DNA from: an uncultured Chloroflexia bacterium
GTDB lineage: Bacteria; Chloroflexota; Anaerolineae; Anaerolineales; E44-bin32
Direction: 5' to 3'
Length of the DNA: 64,000 bases
Assembly (NCBI GenBank): GCA_963727915.1
Contig: CAVSID010000001.1
Coordinates: forward strand, 124,954 to 188,953
Part shown: piece by piece, positions 61,768 to 64,000 of the stretch
Layout of the letters: every line of letters starts with the position of its first letter
Numbering within the stretch: the first letter of the stretch is position 1
Program-made: the position numbers and the translations under genes
Notes under the pieces: model-generated
What the model saw: only the letters and a program-made list of their open reading frames with translations
Database searches by the model: none
What the model was told of the DNA's origin: nothing

Positions 61768-63391
61768 CCAGTTCTCCTTGGGCTTGGGCCATGTGGGCGT
61801 AGTCATAGGCCTCGTGTGTCATCACCGGAGGCTCGTCAAAATTGTCTTTCGGCGGCGGGGACGAAGTCTGCCACTCAAGGCTGGGGGAGTTCCATGGATT
61901 GGATGGCGCCGGTGCCCCCTTAAAGACCGACCACACCAAATAGAGCACCGGGAGAATGTACCCGATCGCCAGGATCGAGGCGCCTGCGGTCGAGGCGACG
62001 TTGAGAACCTGGAACTCGGGAGGATAGGCATAGTAGCGTCTCGGCATGCCTTCCAGCCCAAGGATGAACTGCGGGAAGAAGGTCAAGTTGAAGCCGACAA
62101 AGATGATGATGGCCGCGAACTGTCCCCAGCGCTCGGGATACATCTTCCCGGTGATCTTGGGGAACCAATAGTGCATCCCGCCGAGAAAAGCCATCACCGT
62201 CGAACCGACCATGATGTAGTGAAAGTGCGCCACCACGAAATAGGTATCGGTTACATGAACGTCGAAGGCCAGCGAGGCCAGCATGACCCCGGTCAGGCCG
62301 CCGATGGTGAACAGCCCGATGAAACCCAGGGCGTAAAGCATGGGGGTCTTAAAGGAAATGTGGCCCTTGTTGAGTGTGGCGGTCCAGTTGAAGACCTTGA
62401 TGGCGGAAGGAACGGCCACGACAAAGCTGAGGAATGAGAATACCGTGCTGGCATAGGGCGACTGGCCGGCGACGAACATGTGATGGCCCCACACCATGAA
62501 ACCGAGCGCCGCGATTGCCAGGCTTGAGAACGCCACCACCTTGTAGCCAAAGACCCTGCTCCGGCTGAAGGCGGAGATCAGTTCGCTGACCACGCCCATG
62601 GCTGGCAGGATCATGATGTAAACAGCAGGATGGCTGTAGAACCAAAACAGATGTTGGTACAGGATCGGATCACCGCCCGCCGACGGATCAAAGAACCCGA
62701 TTCCGAACGCGTGATCCAGGCCGATCAACAACACGGTGATCGCCAAGATAGGGGTGGCCAAAACCATGATTAAGCTGTTGGCATAGTTCGACCAGACAAA
62801 GAGTGGGAGCCTGAACCAGGTCATGCCGGGGGCACGCATCTTGTGCACCGTCACGATAAAGTTGATGCCGGTGAATATCGATGAGAAGCCGACGATAAAG
62901 ATCCCAGCCGTGGCTATAACAACCGACGTGTTGCTGTACAGCGTGCTGTAGGGCACATAGAAAGTCCAGCCGGTGTCGATCCCGCCGGTCACGACGGCGC
63001 CCATGGTGAAGATCGCCCCGACGATGAAGACATACCAGCTGGCCAAGTTCAGCCTCGGAAACGCCACGTCTTTGGCCCCGATCATCATCGGTATGAAGAA
63101 GTTGCCGAGCACGGCCGGGATGGCAGGTATCATGAAGAACCACACCATGATCACGCCATGCATGGTGAATAGCTTGTTGTAGGTTTCCGGTTGAACCAGA
63201 TCGCCCCGCGGCGTCAATAGCTCCAACCGCATCATTGCGGCAGCCGTGCCGGCAATGGCAAAGAAGACGATGACCGAGAACAGGTACAAGATCCCGATCC
63301 GCTTGTGGTCGGTCGTCAGCAGCCAAGAACGTATCGTGGTGCTGATGTTCAAGTAGTTGGGTTTCAATTCAGAGTGTGTTGTTTCCATCAC
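61760..63391 (-). CDS. ctaD: Cytochrome c oxidase subunit I
   Basis: [12 protein letters not shown]...WFFMIPA...[17 protein letters not shown]...MVWGHHMF...HFHYIM. Confidence 0.95.
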   Translation of the reverse strand: MMETTHSELKPNYLNISTTIRSWLLTTDHKRIGILYLFSVIVFFAIAGTAAAMMRLELLTPRGDLVQPETYNKLFTMHGVIMVWFFMIPAIPAVLGNFFIPMMIGAKDVAFPRLNLASWYVFIVGAIFTMGAVVTGGIDTGWTFYVPYSTLYSNTSVVIATAGIFIVGFSSIFTGINFIVTVHKMRAPGMTWFRLPLFVWSNYANSLIMVLATPILAITVLLIGLDHAFGIGFFDPSAGGDPILYQHLFWFYSHPAVYIMILPAMGVVSELISAFSRSRVFGYKVVAFSSLAIAALGFMVWGHHMFVAGQSPYASTVFSFLSFVVAVPSAIKVFNWTATLNKGHISFKTPMLYALGFIGLFTIGGLTGVMLASLAFDVHVTDTYFVVAHFHYIMVGSTVMAFLGGMHYWFPKITGKMYPERWGQFAAIIIFVGFNLTFFPQFILGLEGMPRRYYAYPPEFQVLNVASTAGASILAIGYILPVLYLVWSVFKGAPAPSNPWNSPSLEWQTSSPPPKDNFDEPPVMTHEAYDYAHMAQAQGELDG

Positions 63392-63411
63392 CTAGCACCT
63401 GGATTCCACGT

Positions 63412-64000
63412 TCACTGCGATTGTGCCAACGACTTGATGTAGTCCATCAGGTCGGTAAGCTGCGTGTCATTGATCTGGCCCGCATAGTCGGGCATGACAG
63501 GTTGATACCCGGCCACCACCTTGGCCATCGGATTACGGATGGACTCCACGATATAGGCTTCGTCCGCCGTGACCGTTTGCCCCGATTCGAGCTTCACCTG
63601 GCTGCCGAACAGTCCGTCCCACGACGGGCCAACGCCCGAGCCATCAGGCTTGTGGCAGGAGAGGCACCCCAGCGTCGTTGCGAGCTGCTCTCCGGGCGAC
63701 ATGTCGGCCTGGGCTTCCATGCCCCCCAAGTTGAGCCAGGTTTCGTAGTCCACCTGAGTCATGACCACGATGTCGCCGATCATGGCCGAATGGCCCATGC
63801 CACAGTATTCAGCACAGAACAAATGGTACGTCCCCGGTTTGGTCGGTTGGAACCACAGCTCGGTCGTCCGGCCCGGGATGACGTCCTGCTTGATTCTGAA
63901 GGCGGGAACATAGAAGCTGTGGATGACATCCTGCGAGGTCATGATCAGGCGCACCGGCCGACCCACTGGTACATGTAGCTCGTTGATTTCCCGGTAGCCA
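63412..64000 (-). CDS. ctaC: Cytochrome c oxidase subunit II with fused C-terminal cytochrome c domain (caa3 type). The N-terminus lies beyond the window end.
   Basis: The CuA site is HSFYVPAFRIKQD...LFCAEYCGMGHSAM, followed by the CLSCH heme-c motif. Confidence 0.9.
   Translation of the reverse strand, partial: GYREINELHVPVGRPVRLIMTSQDVIHSFYVPAFRIKQDVIPGRTTELWFQPTKPGTYHLFCAEYCGMGHSAMIGDIVVMTQVDYETWLNLGGMEAQADMSPGEQLATTLGCLSCHKPDGSGVGPSWDGLFGSQVKLESGQTVTADEAYIVESIRNPMAKVVAGYQPVMPDYAGQINDTQLTDLMDYIKSLAQSQ

Overview
The window is visibly GC-rich bacterial chromosome. I did not compute the GC value. The gene content has a Chloroflexota-like flavour, which is inference only. I recognised no rRNA, tRNA, CRISPR array, transposase or integrase.

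Nt 1-45044 is an unbroken run of about 45 minus-strand genes. Within it, nt 1-37196 reads as a large purine/nucleobase catabolism supercluster:
- folD, an 8-oxoguanine-deaminase-like hydrolase, adenine deaminase and a HutC/GntR regulator
- a PyrB-like and a YgeW-type carbamoyltransferase, plus carbamate kinase
- a BMP-type (nucleoside-type) ABC importer
- two fold-type-II PLP enzymes, a dihydropyrimidinase/hydantoinase and SsnA
- XdhC, a three-cofactor xanthine dehydrogenase, and an uncharacterised nucleoside-phosphorylase-like protein

Nested in this cluster, and operonically joined to ssnA, is a block of coenzyme F420 genes: npdG, cofE, a PPOX-type FDOR, an FbiB-C-terminal-like nitroreductase, cofD, cofC and an LLM oxidoreductase. 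My main hypothesis is a deazaflavin-linked, carbamate-kinase-coupled variant of the poorly understood ssnA/ygeW/hyuA-type purine degradation route.

The rest of the window holds:
- a Ser/Thr kinase fused to a PD40 propeller, a DUF1501/DUF1800 pair, and an ECF sigma/anti-sigma module with duplicated membrane proteins and a free-standing 23-codon sORF
- housekeeping genes rplS, murI, gyrA, birA and gatB
- a penicillin-acylase-family gene, a GAF/HD-GYP gene, a thiolase/hbd pair and a caa3-type cytochrome oxidase operon

Major caveat: at least about 40 single-base frame breaks interrupt more than 20 genes, including gyrA, rplS and folD. Many genes below are therefore stitched by hand across ORF-track fragments. 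Frameshift positions are approximate (+/- 10-30 nt). All homology statements rest on motif recognition by eye, not on searches.
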